DNA from: Gemmatimonadaceae bacterium
GTDB lineage: Bacteria; Gemmatimonadota; Gemmatimonadetes; Gemmatimonadales; Gemmatimonadaceae
Direction of reading: 5' to 3'
Assembly: GCA_033763905.1 (NCBI GenBank)
Contig: JANRJP010000037.1
Coordinates: forward strand, 64,001 to 128,000
Length of the DNA: 64,000 nucleotides
Part shown: positions 19,914 through 30,641 of the stretch, piece after piece
Layout: each line of letters opens with the position of its first letter
How positions within the stretch are numbered: the first letter of the stretch is position 1
Position numbers and translations under genes: made by a program
The notes under the pieces: model-generated
Told to the model about the DNA's origin: nothing
The model's database searches: none
Seen by the model: only the letters and a program-made list of their open reading frames with translations

Positions 19914-22256
19914 GTGTCGCGACTGATCGATCGCTTCCCGCGGCTGTGTGCCGCCGCTTTGTACGCTGTCGTCACGGCGGTGACCTACCGCGCCGTCTTT
20001 GCCGGCGAGTGGCTCATCAACTCGATGAGCGACCAGCGCACGGGCTACGCCTTCCGCGAATTCGCGGCGGCACATTACAAGGCCACTGGTGAAATCGCCC
20101 AGTGGTACGGCTATCTCTTCGGCGGGATGCCCTACGCGGCCAACACCGCGCACGGCGACACCTTCTTCCCCACCTTCTGGCTTCGCGTCTTCTTCGACGT
20201 AGATGTCGGGATGTCGATGGCCTTCGTGGTGTTCACGTGGCTGGCCGGCTTCGCCACGTTCCTGTTCGTGCGAGGGCTGGGGCTCGCCGCTGGGCCGTCA
20301 CTCGTCGCCGGCGGTGCGTACCTGCTGAGCGGCCAGGTGATTTCGCTCGTGAGTCCGGGGCACGACGGCAAGCTGTACGTCAGCGCCTTGCTGCCGTTGG
20401 CGTTGTTGACGCTCTACCGCGCGGTGACCCGGGACGACTGGCGGCAGTATCTGGCGTTCGGGCTGGTAGTGGGAGCGGCACTGCTGACGCCGCACGTGCA
20501 GATGACCTACTACCTGCTGATGGCGGCAGGGTTCTGGTGGGCGTATCTGCAGTTCCTGCACACGCCGAAGGTTCCGGGCAGTGTGCCGAAGGCCACGGCA
20601 CTGTTCGTCGCCGGCCTCGCGACCGGTTTTGCGGTGGCCGCGGTGCAGCTGATTCCGTTCTTCGAGTACATCCCGCTGTCGCCGCGCGGCGCGGGCGGCA
20701 GCAGCACCGGCTATGAGTTCGCGACGAGCTACTCGCTGCCGCTCGGCGAGCTGATCGACACCCTGTGGCCCGGATTCCACGGGGCGCGCGAGAACTACTG
20801 GGGCACCAATCCGCTGCGCTTGCACTCGAGCTACCTCGGCGCCGCGGCCCTCGTGCTGGCGACGATCGGGATCGGGGCAGGGGAGCGGAAGCGACTCGGC
20901 GCGTTCTTCGTGTTCCTCGCGCTCTACGGGACGCTGTTCGCGTTGGGTGGCAATACGCCGTTCTATCGCATTCCGTACACGATCCTGCCGGGCATCGCGA
21001 AGACGCGTGCGCCCGATATGATCTTCTTTGTCACAACGCTGTCGGTGGCCGTCCTGGCCGCCTTTGGCGCCGAGCGCTTGCTGGCCAGCGGCCGCGAATC
21101 CGCACCGTCGCGAAAGGCGATGTTTGCGTGGATCGGGGTACTGGCGGTCGGCGCACTGCTCGCGGTGAGCGGCGGCTTCAAGAGCCTGATGGAGTCCGTG
21201 GCGTTGCCCGAGCGCTTGGCGGCGGTCGATGCGAACTACGGGGCGTTCACCCTCGGCGCGGTGCGCGTGTTTGTTCTCGGTGGGAGCGCCGCATTGCTCG
21301 TGCTCTTGGTTGGCGCGTCCAGAGTGCGGGGCGACACCGCCGTGCTGGCGTTGGCGGGCGTGGTCCTCGTGGATGGATTCACCGCCGCCCAGCCGTTCGT
21401 GCTGTCGAGCCCGCCGGCCTCACAGGTGTTTGCGGCCGACTCGGTGGTCAAGGTCCTGCAGCGCGACTCGTCCCTGTTCCGAATTCTCCCCGTGCCCGGA
21501 ACGCCCTACGGCTCTGACAACTATATGATGAGCCACCGGTTGCGTTCGAGCCTGGGGTACAACGGACAGGAATTGCAGCGCTGGGACGAACTGATGGGCG
21601 GCAAGAACCAGTGGCAGAATCTTGGGAATCCGAATCTCTGGAAGGTCACCGGCGTGAAGTACATCGTCACGCCGCAGCCGATCGCCGCCGCGCAACTCGC
21701 GTTGGTGGCCGGGCCTCTGACGACGTACGAAGAGACCCCAGCCTACGTCTATCGGTACGCCGATGCGCTGCCGTACGCCTACCTGGTGCCAGAAGCGGTG
21801 AAGGTGGAGGACGCACAACTGCTCCCGACCTTGCTCGATGAGCGATTCGATCCGCGCCGACTGCTCCTGGTACCGAAGGACGCCGCCGCCGGCGCTGCGG
21901 CGGTGTCAGCGCTTCCTGAGCCGATTGACGTCGCCGTGACGGCGCGCGAGCCGCGCGCCGGATCGCTGACGCTCGCCCTTGCAACACCGGCGCCGCGTCC
22001 GGCGTATGTGTTTGTGGCCGAGAACTGGCACCCGTCGTGGACGGCCACGGTGGATGGCACGTCCGCGCCCGTGCTGCGTGCGCAGCACAGCCTGATGGCC
22101 GTGCCGGTGCCCGCGGGGGCCAAGTCGGTGCAACTGCAGTTCGTGGCAGCGAGCTACGGGCTGGGGAAGGGGATTTCGCTTGGGGCGATCGTGATCGTGC
22201 TTGGTGTGTTGATCCTTGGGCCGGTGCTTGACCGGCGGAAATCGGCGGCGACCTGA
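19914..22256 (+). CDS. YfhO-family polytopic membrane protein (GT-C-like)
   Basis: N-terminal QWYGYLFGGMP, many TMs, C-terminal AENWHPSWTATVDG...MAVPVPAG...VQLQF typical of YfhO. Confidence 0.8.
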   Translation: MSRLIDRFPRLCAAALYAVVTAVTYRAVFAGEWLINSMSDQRTGYAFREFAAAHYKATGEIAQWYGYLFGGMPYAANTAHGDTFFPTFWLRVFFDVDVGMSMAFVVFTWLAGFATFLFVRGLGLAAGPSLVAGGAYLLSGQVISLVSPGHDGKLYVSALLPLALLTLYRAVTRDDWRQYLAFGLVVGAALLTPHVQMTYYLLMAAGFWWAYLQFLHTPKVPGSVPKATALFVAGLATGFAVAAVQLIPFFEYIPLSPRGAGGSSTGYEFATSYSLPLGELIDTLWPGFHGARENYWGTNPLRLHSSYLGAAALVLATIGIGAGERKRLGAFFVFLALYGTLFALGGNTPFYRIPYTILPGIAKTRAPDMIFFVTTLSVAVLAAFGAERLLASGRESAPSRKAMFAWIGVLAVGALLAVSGGFKSLMESVALPERLAAVDANYGAFTLGAVRVFVLGGSAALLVLLVGASRVRGDTAVLALAGVVLVDGFTAAQPFVLSSPPASQVFAADSVVKVLQRDSSLFRILPVPGTPYGSDNYMMSHRLRSSLGYNGQELQRWDELMGGKNQWQNLGNPNLWKVTGVKYIVTPQPIAAAQLALVAGPLTTYEETPAYVYRYADALPYAYLVPEAVKVEDAQLLPTLLDERFDPRRLLLVPKDAAAGAAAVSALPEPIDVAVTAREPRAGSLTLALATPAPRPAYVFVAENWHPSWTATVDGTSAPVLRAQHSLMAVPVPAGAKSVQLQFVAASYGLGKGISLGAIVIVLGVLILGPVLDRRKSAAT

Positions 22257-22258
22257 GC

Positions 22259-23095
22259 GTGGCGTCGACGGTGTCGTCAGTCGTTGCGTCGACGTTGTTG
22301 CGGCGCGTCTCGGGTGAGCACACGATGGCACCTGTCGTTGGTCCGTTGTACCCGGGCGGACGCGAGGACGGCCGTGCGCTCGTCATTGTCCCGACCTACA
22401 ACGAACGGGACAACATCGAGAAGCTCGTGGGCGCCGTGCTCCGGCAGAGTGACCGCCTCGATGTGCTGATCGTGGACGACAGCTCGCCTGATGGCACGGG
22501 GGCCATCGCCGACGCAATGGCGGCGCGCGATCCGCGCGTGCACGTCTTGCACCGCGCGGCGAAGCAGGGCTTGGGCAAGGCGTATCTCGCCGGGTTCCGC
22601 TGGGGCCTCGACCGGCCGCAGTACGATTGCCTGCTGGAGATGGACGCCGATTTCTCGCACGAGCCGGCGCATCTGCCGCAGTTTCTCGAGGCCATCCGGA
22701 CGGCCGATGTCGTGCTGGGCTCGCGCTACGACCAGGGCAAGGTAACGGTCGTCAATTGGCCGATGACGCGGCTCCTGCTGAGCTATTTCGCCAACATCTA
22801 CGCCCGCGTCGTCACCGGACTCCAGCTCGACGACTCGACCGGCGGCTTCAAGTGTTTTCGCCGGGCGGTGCTCGCGGCGATTCCGCTGGACGAGGTCCAG
22901 TCGAATGGCTACGCGTTCCAGATCGAAATGAGTTTGCGCGCCTACAAGCGCGGTTTCACCCTCGCGCAGATTCCGATCGTGTTCACCGACCGCACCGAAG
23001 GGCAGAGCAAGATGTCGGGCGGCATCGTGCGCGAGGCCGTGCTGATGTGCTGGAAGCTGCGGTGGTGGTCGATGACCGGTCGGCTCGACCCGTGA
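22259..23095 (+). CDS. polyprenol monophosphomannose synthase-like GT2 (Ppm1/Dpm1)
   Basis: VPTYNERDNI, DDSSPDGT, KQGLGKAY, EMDADFSH, SNGYAFQIEM, GQSKMS. Alternative start ATG 22325. Confidence 0.9.
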   Translation: MASTVSSVVASTLLRRVSGEHTMAPVVGPLYPGGREDGRALVIVPTYNERDNIEKLVGAVLRQSDRLDVLIVDDSSPDGTGAIADAMAARDPRVHVLHRAAKQGLGKAYLAGFRWGLDRPQYDCLLEMDADFSHEPAHLPQFLEAIRTADVVLGSRYDQGKVTVVNWPMTRLLLSYFANIYARVVTGLQLDDSTGGFKCFRRAVLAAIPLDEVQSNGYAFQIEMSLRAYKRGFTLAQIPIVFTDRTEGQSKMSGGIVREAVLMCWKLRWWSMTGRLDP

Positions 23096-23907
23096 GCGCT
23101 GCGGGCACCCGATTCTGGAAGTTGACCGGGTCGGGGAACGATTTCGTCTTCTTCGACGCCCGTGACGGCACCCAGGGGCTCGATTCGGTCGAGGCCGTCC
23201 GCGCGCTGTCGGCACGAGGGACCGGCGTTGGGGCGGACGGCGTCGTGTTTCTGGAGCGGTCGCCCACCTCCAGCGTACGCATCCGGTACTTCAATTCGGA
23301 CGGCTCGCCGGCGGAACTGTGTGGCAACGCCACGTTGTGTACTGCCAGATTGGCGGCGACGCTCGGCGCCGCCGATCCAGCCGGGATGACGATCGAGACC
23401 GCGGCCGGCGTGATCGCGGCGCGAGTGGTCGGCGCGGATCCTGAGATCGACTTTGCGCCGGTCACGATGGTCCGGCCGGTCGAGCCGTCGGTATCGCCTC
23501 AGGCCGGCGAGCACCGCGTGGGATACGCCAATACCGGCGTCCCGCATCTGGTTGTTCTGGTGCCGGACCTCGACGCGATCGACGTGGTGCGTCGGGGCCG
23601 GGAGCTCCGACACAGCCCGGACCTGCCAGGCGGCGCGAACGTCAATTTCGTCGCCCGAACACCGGCGGGTTGGGCGATGCGGACCTACGAGCGCGGGGTC
23701 GAGGGAGAGACGCTGGCCTGCGGCACCGGGGCGGTGGCCACCGGCTTGTTGCTCTCGATCTGGGGCGAGGCATCGTTGCCGGTCACGCTCAAGACTCGGA
23801 GTGGCCGCCTCGTGACCATTTCCGCGACTCGGGATAGCGACAGTTGGCACCCGACGCTTCGCGGCGAAGGCCGGATCGTGTTCGAAGGACTGCTTCCGGC
23901 GCTCTAG
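23092..23907 (+). CDS. dapF: diaminopimelate epimerase
   Basis: GSGNDF, GVGADG, NSDGSPAELCGNA, TGVPH, RTYERGVEGETLACGTG. Confidence 0.95.
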   Translation: MSAAGTRFWKLTGSGNDFVFFDARDGTQGLDSVEAVRALSARGTGVGADGVVFLERSPTSSVRIRYFNSDGSPAELCGNATLCTARLAATLGAADPAGMTIETAAGVIAARVVGADPEIDFAPVTMVRPVEPSVSPQAGEHRVGYANTGVPHLVVLVPDLDAIDVVRRGRELRHSPDLPGGANVNFVARTPAGWAMRTYERGVEGETLACGTGAVATGLLLSIWGEASLPVTLKTRSGRLVTISATRDSDSWHPTLRGEGRIVFEGLLPAL

Positions 23908-23910
23908 ATC

Positions 23911-23928
23911 CTGGTGGAAAACCACCAG
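23911..23928. terminator. small hairpin directly after dapF stop (possible terminator)
   Basis: CTGGTGG-AAAA-CCACCAG perfect 7-bp stem; no U-tract. Confidence 0.3.
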
Positions 23929-24038
23929 ACATCACGTATTGCTCGACGCGAGCTGATTTAAGTTTATACGTGATAGGGAGTTATAGAGACTCACCAACAG
24001 CACGTCGTTTCGGCTTTCCACAATCCCTCTCGCTGTTT

Positions 24039-24066
24039 AGTTTACATAACATATCTTATACGTAAT
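24039..24066 (-). other. dif: dif site (XerCD chromosome dimer resolution site)
   Basis: Minus strand ATTACGTATAA-GATATG-TTATGTAAACT: 11-6-11 layout with ATAA/TTAT inner dyad. Right arm matches the B. subtilis dif arm as I recall it. Sits in an AT-rich gap between convergent genes. Confidence 0.88.
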
Positions 24067-24082
24067 ATCTGGCGACAAAGAC

Positions 24083-24112
24083 AAAAGCGGGGAGCATCCA
24101 AGCTCCCCGCTT
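24083..24112 (-). terminator. rho-independent terminator of the TPR gene
   Basis: AAGCGGGGAGC-ATCCAA-GCTCCCCGCTT 11-bp stem; minus strand continues TTTTGTCTTTG. Confidence 0.8.
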
Positions 24113-24149
24113 CGTCCCACGATGGTGTCGCCGTAATGGCGATCAAGCC

Positions 24150-24803
24150 TTACTGCTGGACCTTGGCCTCGAGCTCACCCAATCGGATGCGCGCTTCGAC
24201 CGAGCGCGACGAACCTTCACGCTCCGCCAACTGGCGCCACAGCTTCACGGCTTCGGCCTTTTTGCCGGCCGCCGAGTAGGCCCGCGCCGCATCCGCCAGG
24301 TAGAGCTCGCGGTCGGTGCCCGACGTCAGCGCTGCCGCCTTTTCGTATCGGGCGGCGGCGTCCGCTTCCTTCCCCTGCTGGCTCAGGCCGGCGCCAATCA
24401 TCGCCTCGATCGAGGCCTTGAGATGGGACGGGGCGGAACCGGCCGCCGCCTGCAAGGCCTTAAGCCCGTCCTCCGGCTTCCCGTCCGCATACGACTGCTG
24501 CGCCATCAGCAGGGCGCTCATCGTGCCGGCGTTCGTGCCCGGGTAGCGCGACGCGACCTTCTGCAGCTCCTCGATGCTCTTGGTGCCGTTGCCCGCGGCG
24601 ACTGCCGCTTGGGCAGACAGCAGGGCGCGCTCGGCGCGACTTTCCTTCAGGGATTGCTGGCGTTCGAACAACCAGTACCCGGTCCCCGCCGCCGCCACGA
24701 CCCCCGCGATGATCGCGACCGTGCGCCAGTTCGTGGTCAGCCAATCGGTGAATGTGTCTTCAGCGCCCCCCGCGGCACGGGGAGCGAAGTTCGGGCTCGT
24801 CAT
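24150..24803 (-). CDS. membrane-anchored tetratricopeptide-repeat protein (YfgM-like)
   Basis: Single N-terminal TM after DWLTTNW; RYPGT and Ala-rich TPR helices. Confidence 0.75.
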   Translation of the reverse strand: MTSPNFAPRAAGGAEDTFTDWLTTNWRTVAIIAGVVAAAGTGYWLFERQQSLKESRAERALLSAQAAVAAGNGTKSIEELQKVASRYPGTNAGTMSALLMAQQSYADGKPEDGLKALQAAAGSAPSHLKASIEAMIGAGLSQQGKEADAAARYEKAAALTSGTDRELYLADAARAYSAAGKKAEAVKLWRQLAEREGSSRSVEARIRLGELEAKVQQ

Positions 24804-24966
24804 TGCGACTCGAGTTGCAGACTAGGCACCGGTGCAGAGCATCTGCACGCGGCGACCGACGGCCCCCGGGATTCGGCGGCGAATCGGTCAGACCCCTAAT
24901 CTCACCAGCCGGCGCACCGATTTCCAGCGGTTAACCAACCGGAGCCGCGGCGGGATGCCCGTTTCA

Positions 24967-24995
24967 TTGAAGATTCAAGAATTTGGTGGTAGGGT
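24967..24995 (+). promoter_or_regulatory. promoter of the aromatic-CoA operon with palindromic operator over the -35
   Basis: TTGAAG, 17 nt, TG-n-TAGGGT. Palindrome TTGAA-GA-TTCAA at 24967-24978. Confidence 0.55.
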
Positions 24996-25000
24996 TGCCT

Positions 25001-27412
25001 ATGCGGATCGTCGTGCTGGGAGGTGGCCCGGGGGGACTCTACGCCGCGTTGCTGCTCAAGCGACGCCTCCCCTCCGCGGAAGTGACCGTACTCGAGCGCA
25101 ATCGCGCGGACGATACCTTCGGCTGGGGCGTCGTCCTGTCCGACCAGACCGTCGCCAACCTCACGGAGGCCGAACCGGTCTCGGGTCGTCGAATCGCCGA
25201 GGCCCTGCACCACTGGGACGACATCGACGTCCACATTCGCGGGCGGACGCTGCGATCGACCGGTCACGGGTTCAGTGGGATCGGCCGCAAGCGCCTGCTG
25301 CGGGAGCTGCAATCCCGCGCTGCAGAACTCGGTGTCGACCTGCGATTCTCGACCGAGGCGGCCGACCCCGCCGCCGCGCTCAACGCGTTCGGGGCCGACC
25401 TGATCATCGCCGCCGACGGCCTCAACTCCCGTACCCGCGAGCGCTACGCCGAGACGTTTCGCCCTGACATCGACCTGCGCGCCTGTCGGTACGTGTGGCT
25501 CGGCACGCCCCGCCGCTTCGACGCCTTCACCTTCGCGTTCGAAGAGACGCCGCACGGGTGGGTCCAGGCGCACGCGTATCAGTTCGACGCCGACACCAGC
25601 ACCTTCATCGTGGAGATGCCCGAGGACGTGTGGCGGGCGAACGGGCTCGACACGATGGAGCCGGCCGCGGCCATCGCCTGGTGCGAAGATCGCTTCGCGC
25701 GACATCTGGATGGTGCCCCACTGATTTCCAATGCCGCGCACCTGCGGGGGTCGGCGCAGTGGATCCGCTTCCCGCGCGTGACCTGCGAGCGCTGGGTACA
25801 CTGGCTGGAGCACGACGCCCGCCGTGTCCCGGTTGTGCTGCTCGGCGATGCGGCGCACACGGCCCACTTCTCGATCGGGTCAGGTACCAAGCTCGCGCTG
25901 GAGGACGCCATCGCGCTCGATCGCGCATTGGCGCCGTTGCTGGCGACCGCAGCCGATGGTTCGCGCGGCCCCGATGCCTCCGCGTTGACGGGGGCGCTCG
26001 AGACGTGGCACGCCGACCGGTCGCTCGAGGTGCTCAAGCTGCAGAACGCCGCTCGGAACTCCACCGAGTGGTTTGAACACGTGGCGCGCTACGCGCCGCT
26101 GCCGCCGGAGCAGTTCGCCTACTCGTTGCTTACGCGGTCTCAGCGCATCTCGCACGAGAATCTGCGCCTGCGTGATGCGGCGTACATCGCGGGATTCGAG
26201 CAGTGGTTCGCGGCGGGCCGCCCGATCGCCGGGTCGGCATCGGCGCCGGCCCCTTCGGCCAAGCCGCTCACGCCGCTCTTCACGCCCTACACCGTCCGCG
26301 GCCTGACGCTGCCCAACCGGGTGGTGGTGTCGCCGATGGCACAGTACTCGGCATCGCCGGAGGGGCTGCCGTCCGACTGGCATCTCGTCCACCTCGGAGC
26401 CCGCGCGGCCGGTGGCGCGGGCCTCGTGTTCACCGAGATGACCTGCGTGTCCGCCGATGCCCGAATCACACCGGCCTGCCCCGGGCTCTGGAGTGACGAG
26501 CAGCGTGACGCGTGGCGGCGCATCGTGCAGTTCGTGCACACGCATACCGCGGCCAAGATCGCACTGCAGCTCGGACACGCGGGCGCCAAGGGGTCCACCA
26601 AACGGATGTGGGAGGGTATCGACCAGCCCCTCGAATCCGGCAACTGGCCGCTGATCGCTCCGTCGCCAACGCAGTACCTACCCGGGATCTCGCAGACGGC
26701 CCGGGAAATGACGGGCGAGGATTTCCGTCGCGTGCGCCAGGACTTCGTGGACGCCGCGCGCCGAGGGGCCGAGGCGGACTTCGATTGGCTCGAACTGCAC
26801 TGCGCGCACGGGTATCTGCTGTCGGCGTTCCTTTCACCGCTGACCAATCAGCGCACCGACGCGTACGGTGGTTCGCTCGAACGCCGCCTGGCGTTCCCGG
26901 TCGAGATCTTCTCGGCGATGCGGGAGGTCTGGCCGAGTGATCGACCGATGTCGGTGCGCATCTCGGCGCACGATTGGGCCGAGGGAGGCAACACCCCCGA
27001 TGACGCGGTTGAGATGGCGCGGGCCTTCAAGGCGGCTGGCGCTGATGTCATCGATGTCTCGGCGGGCCAGGTGGTGAAGCACGAACGTCCGGTCTTCGGT
27101 CGGATGTGGCAAACACCGTTCGCGGATCGCGTGCGTCAGGAGGCGCAGATCGCAACGATGGCCGTGGGGGCCATTACCGACGCCGATCAGGCCAACGGCA
27201 TTCTGGCCTCGGGACGCGCCGATCTGGTCGCGATTGGACGACCACACTTGGCAAATCCGGCGTGGACACTGCTCGAGGCCGCGCGGCTCGATTACGGCGG
27301 CGCGACGTGGCCCGTGCAGTACGACGCGGGTCGCGCCCAACTCGAGCGGTTACTCGCGCGCGAGCGATCCGCGGCTCCGGCGAAGCCCCCCAAGCCCGGA
27401 GAGCTGACGTGA
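25001..27412 (+). CDS. bifunctional salicylyl-CoA 5-hydroxylase / 2-aminobenzoyl-CoA monooxygenase-reductase (AbmA-like)
   Basis: N-terminal FAD monooxygenase ([32 protein letters not shown]) fused to an old-yellow-enzyme domain ([26 protein letters not shown]). Confidence 0.92.
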   Translation: MRIVVLGGGPGGLYAALLLKRRLPSAEVTVLERNRADDTFGWGVVLSDQTVANLTEAEPVSGRRIAEALHHWDDIDVHIRGRTLRSTGHGFSGIGRKRLLRELQSRAAELGVDLRFSTEAADPAAALNAFGADLIIAADGLNSRTRERYAETFRPDIDLRACRYVWLGTPRRFDAFTFAFEETPHGWVQAHAYQFDADTSTFIVEMPEDVWRANGLDTMEPAAAIAWCEDRFARHLDGAPLISNAAHLRGSAQWIRFPRVTCERWVHWLEHDARRVPVVLLGDAAHTAHFSIGSGTKLALEDAIALDRALAPLLATAADGSRGPDASALTGALETWHADRSLEVLKLQNAARNSTEWFEHVARYAPLPPEQFAYSLLTRSQRISHENLRLRDAAYIAGFEQWFAAGRPIAGSASAPAPSAKPLTPLFTPYTVRGLTLPNRVVVSPMAQYSASPEGLPSDWHLVHLGARAAGGAGLVFTEMTCVSADARITPACPGLWSDEQRDAWRRIVQFVHTHTAAKIALQLGHAGAKGSTKRMWEGIDQPLESGNWPLIAPSPTQYLPGISQTAREMTGEDFRRVRQDFVDAARRGAEADFDWLELHCAHGYLLSAFLSPLTNQRTDAYGGSLERRLAFPVEIFSAMREVWPSDRPMSVRISAHDWAEGGNTPDDAVEMARAFKAAGADVIDVSAGQVVKHERPVFGRMWQTPFADRVRQEAQIATMAVGAITDADQANGILASGRADLVAIGRPHLANPAWTLLEAARLDYGGATWPVQYDAGRAQLERLLARERSAAPAKPPKPGELT

Positions 27413-28170
27413 GCGGTCGGCCGCACGCGCTCGTCACCGGCGCAAACCGCGGCATCGGCGCCGCCATCGCGAGGCGTCTGGCGTCGGCGGGGGCGGACGT
27501 GACGCTCCTGGTGCGCTCGCGCGATGCCGGCGAGGCCATCGCACGCGAGCTGCCGGGTGCGCCGTTGGTGGTCACGGCAAGCGTGACCGATGCCGAGGCG
27601 GTGCACGCGGCCATCAGTGTGGCGGAGGCCGCGAAGGGACCGGTGACGTGGTGCGTGAACAACGCCGGAGCGGCGGAGAGCGCGCCCTTCCTCAAGACGG
27701 GGCCCGAGGTCTGGCAGCGGGCGCTCGACGTCAATCTGCTTGGCGCCGTGCACGTCAGCCGACGAGTGCTCCCCGGGATGCTCGATTTCGGGAGCGGACA
27801 GATCGTGATGATTGCCAGCACGGCGGGGCTCACCGGATATCCGTATGTCAGCGCGTATGTCGCCGCCAAGCACGCGGTCATCGGGCTCGTGCGGGCGCTC
27901 GACGCCGAGTTCGGCGCTCGCGGGATCGCGGTGAATGCGATCTGCCCGGGGTTCACGGACACGGACCTGGTGGCCGACAGCGTGTCGCGCATCGTGTCCA
28001 CCACCGGCCGCTCGGTGGACGCGGCGCGCGCGGCCTTGGCCAAGGCGAACCCGCAGGGCCGTCTGCTCACCCCCGACGAGGTCGCCGATGTGGTGCGTTG
28101 GCTGCTGGTGGATACTCGCGGGGTCGTGCGAGGCCGCACGATCGGCGTGGATGGCGGAGAACTCGCGTGA
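27409..28170 (+). CDS. SDR family oxidoreductase (3-hydroxyacyl-CoA dehydrogenase-like)
   Basis: [28 protein letters not shown] overlap. Confidence 0.9.
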   Translation: MSGRPHALVTGANRGIGAAIARRLASAGADVTLLVRSRDAGEAIARELPGAPLVVTASVTDAEAVHAAISVAEAAKGPVTWCVNNAGAAESAPFLKTGPEVWQRALDVNLLGAVHVSRRVLPGMLDFGSGQIVMIASTAGLTGYPYVSAYVAAKHAVIGLVRALDAEFGARGIAVNAICPGFTDTDLVADSVSRIVSTTGRSVDAARAALAKANPQGRLLTPDEVADVVRWLLVDTRGVVRGRTIGVDGGELA

Positions 28171-28610
28171 CAACCGACGATCCGTTGCGCCTCTGGCTCC
28201 GGCTCTTCACTTGCTCGACGCTGATCGAGCGGGAGCTCGGCGCGCGACTCAAGCGCAGCTTCGGCAGTTCGCTCCCGCGCTTCGATCTGCTGGCCCAGTT
28301 GGACCGTGCGCCGGACGGACTGCGGATGACGACGTTGTCTCAGCGACTGCTCGTCACCGGCGGCAATGTGACCTGGCTCGTGACGTCGCTCGCGCGCGAC
28401 GGCCACGTGCGCCGCACCCGTGCGACCGACGACCGCCGGGCCGTCGTCGTGACACTCACCCCGTCCGGTCGGCGACACTTCCGTCAGATGGCGCGCGCGC
28501 ATCACGGCTGGGTGGAGGCGCTGATGGCGCCGCTCGCGCCGGCGGCCCGACGAGCCACCTTCGACCACCTTGGCGTCTTGAAGCGCCAGTTTGCCCCGGA
28601 GTCTCCGTGA
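28167..28610 (+). CDS. MarR family transcriptional regulator
   Basis: [37 protein letters not shown]. Confidence 0.9.
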   Translation: MTTDDPLRLWLRLFTCSTLIERELGARLKRSFGSSLPRFDLLAQLDRAPDGLRMTTLSQRLLVTGGNVTWLVTSLARDGHVRRTRATDDRRAVVVTLTPSGRRHFRQMARAHHGWVEALMAPLAPAARRATFDHLGVLKRQFAPESP

Positions 28611-29455
28611 CCGATCAGGACCCGATGCGGGCGATGCGTCGCCCGTTCGCTGGACGCACGCCGACACACTTCCGCTGGCATACGACGGACGGCGGGCGAG
28701 TGGGGGTGATCACGCTCTCGCGTCCCGAGCGCAAGAACCCGTTGACGTTCGAGTCGTACGCGGAGTTGCGCGACTTCTTCAACGGCCTGCGCGACGCCAG
28801 CGACGTGCGCGTCGTGGTGCTGACGGGCGAGGGAGGCAACTTCTGCTCGGGCGGCGATGTCTTCGAGATCATCGAGCCACTCACGCGGATGGACACCCCT
28901 GCTCTGCTCGCGTTCACTCGAATGACAGGCGACTTGGTCAAGGCGATGCGCGCCTGCCCTCAGCCCATCATCGCGGCCGTGGACGGCGTCGCGGCTGGCG
29001 CTGGCGCCATTCTCGCGATGGCGTCGGATCTCCGCATCGCCACGCCGCAGGCGAAGACAGCCTTCCTCTTCACGCGCGTGGGACTCGCGGGCTGTGATAT
29101 GGGGGCGTGCGCGCTGCTCCCGCGCATCATCGGTCAAGGACGCGCCGCCGAACTGCTCTTCACCGGCCGCAGCTTCACCGCCGACGAAGGCGAGCGCTGG
29201 GGATTCTGGAACCGCGTCGTCTCGGCTGACACGCTCGTCACCGAGGCGATCGCGTTGGCGCAGACGCTGGCGTCGGGGCCGGTGTTCGCGCACGCGATGA
29301 CCAAGACGATGCTCGCCCACGAGTGGAACGTCTCCATCGACACGGCGATCGAAATGGAGGCGCAAGCGCAGGCGCTGTGTATGCAGACGCAGGACTTCCG
29401 CCGCGCGTTCGAGGCGTTCGCCGCCAAGCGGTCACCACTGTTCGAGGGGAACTGA
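28607..29455 (+). CDS. enoyl-CoA hydratase family protein
   Basis: [33 protein letters not shown]. Confidence 0.9.
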   Translation: MTDQDPMRAMRRPFAGRTPTHFRWHTTDGGRVGVITLSRPERKNPLTFESYAELRDFFNGLRDASDVRVVVLTGEGGNFCSGGDVFEIIEPLTRMDTPALLAFTRMTGDLVKAMRACPQPIIAAVDGVAAGAGAILAMASDLRIATPQAKTAFLFTRVGLAGCDMGACALLPRIIGQGRAAELLFTGRSFTADEGERWGFWNRVVSADTLVTEAIALAQTLASGPVFAHAMTKTMLAHEWNVSIDTAIEMEAQAQALCMQTQDFRRAFEAFAAKRSPLFEGN

Positions 29456-29456
29456 G

Positions 29457-30641
29457 GTGCATCCGTCGCTGGCCGGTCGGCTCCGGCTTCCCTTCTACGA
29501 CGACGCGCATCGGGCGTTTGCCGAGGAACTGTGGGCGTGGTGCGCCGCCCAGGACCCGGTGGATCACCACGATGCCGACGCGGGGACACGAGCGTGGGTA
29601 CGCCGCCTCGGCGCCGCAGGGTGGCTCACGCCGACCGTGCCCGCTGCATTCGGCGGCCGCACCGCCCGTCTCGATTCGCGAACGCTGACGCTCGCGCGGG
29701 AGATTCTGGCGTACCACGACGGACTGGCCGACTTCGCCTTCGCGATGCAGGGGCTGGGCGCCGGACCGCTGTCGCTCGATGGGACGGAGACCCTGCAACG
29801 CACGTGGTTGCCGCGCGTGGCCGCGGGAGACGCCATTGCCGCCTTCGCCCTGAGCGAGCCCGATGCCGGCTCCGATGTGGGTGCGATGCAGTTGGCCGCG
29901 ACGCGTCACGAGGACTCGTGGGAACTCAACGGCGAGAAGACCTGGATCTCCAACGGTGGCATTGCCGACTTCTACTGCGTGTTCGCGCGCACAGACGCCG
30001 CAGCGACGGGAGCCAAGGGCATCAGCGCGTTCTTCGTCCCTGCCGATACACCCGGCCTGCAGGTCGCGGAGCGACTCCACGTGATCGCGCCACATCCGCT
30101 GGCGCGATTGCGCTTCGCCCAGTGTCGTGTGCCCGACGCCCACCGCCTCGGCGCGGTCGGCGACGGGTTCAAGCTGGCGATGCGGACGTTGGACATCTTT
30201 CGGACCTCGGTGGCGGCGGCCGCCACCGGCTTCGCGGCCCGTGCCCTTGACGCGGCGTTGCACCACGCGCGCGACCGGCGAATGTTCGGCGCCACCTTGG
30301 GTGATCAACCCTTGGCACAGGCGACCTTGGGCCAGATGGCGGCGGACCTCGACTCGGGCGCCTTGCTCACCGCCAGAGCCGCGTGGCTGCGCGACGTCGG
30401 TGGCGACCCGCGGGCGACGAGCGAAGCGGCGATGGCCAAGCTGCAATCCACCGAACTGGGGCAACGCATCATCGATCAGGCCGTGCAGTTGCACGGAGGC
30501 CGTGGCGTCCAGGAGGGATCGATCGTGGAGCGACTCTACCGGGAGATCCGCGCCCTGCGGATCTACGAAGGGGCGAGCGAAGTCCAGCAACTGATCATCG
30601 GTCGGCAGGCGCTCGCGCGCGTGCGCGGAGACCGCCGGTGA
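29457..30641 (+). CDS. acyl-CoA dehydrogenase
   Basis: [38 protein letters not shown]. Confidence 0.93.
   Translation: MHPSLAGRLRLPFYDDAHRAFAEELWAWCAAQDPVDHHDADAGTRAWVRRLGAAGWLTPTVPAAFGGRTARLDSRTLTLAREILAYHDGLADFAFAMQGLGAGPLSLDGTETLQRTWLPRVAAGDAIAAFALSEPDAGSDVGAMQLAATRHEDSWELNGEKTWISNGGIADFYCVFARTDAAATGAKGISAFFVPADTPGLQVAERLHVIAPHPLARLRFAQCRVPDAHRLGAVGDGFKLAMRTLDIFRTSVAAAATGFAARALDAALHHARDRRMFGATLGDQPLAQATLGQMAADLDSGALLTARAAWLRDVGGDPRATSEAAMAKLQSTELGQRIIDQAVQLHGGRGVQEGSIVERLYREIRALRIYEGASEVQQLIIGRQALARVRGDRR

Noticed and set aside
24014..24022. DnaA-box-like CTTTCCACA suggesting oriC
   Set aside because: Single mismatched box, no dnaA/dnaN context; dif and convergent gene polarity point to a terminus.
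23844..24065. 73-aa ORF across the AT-rich gap
   Set aside because: Overlaps the dapF end and dif; atypical codon usage; no RBS.
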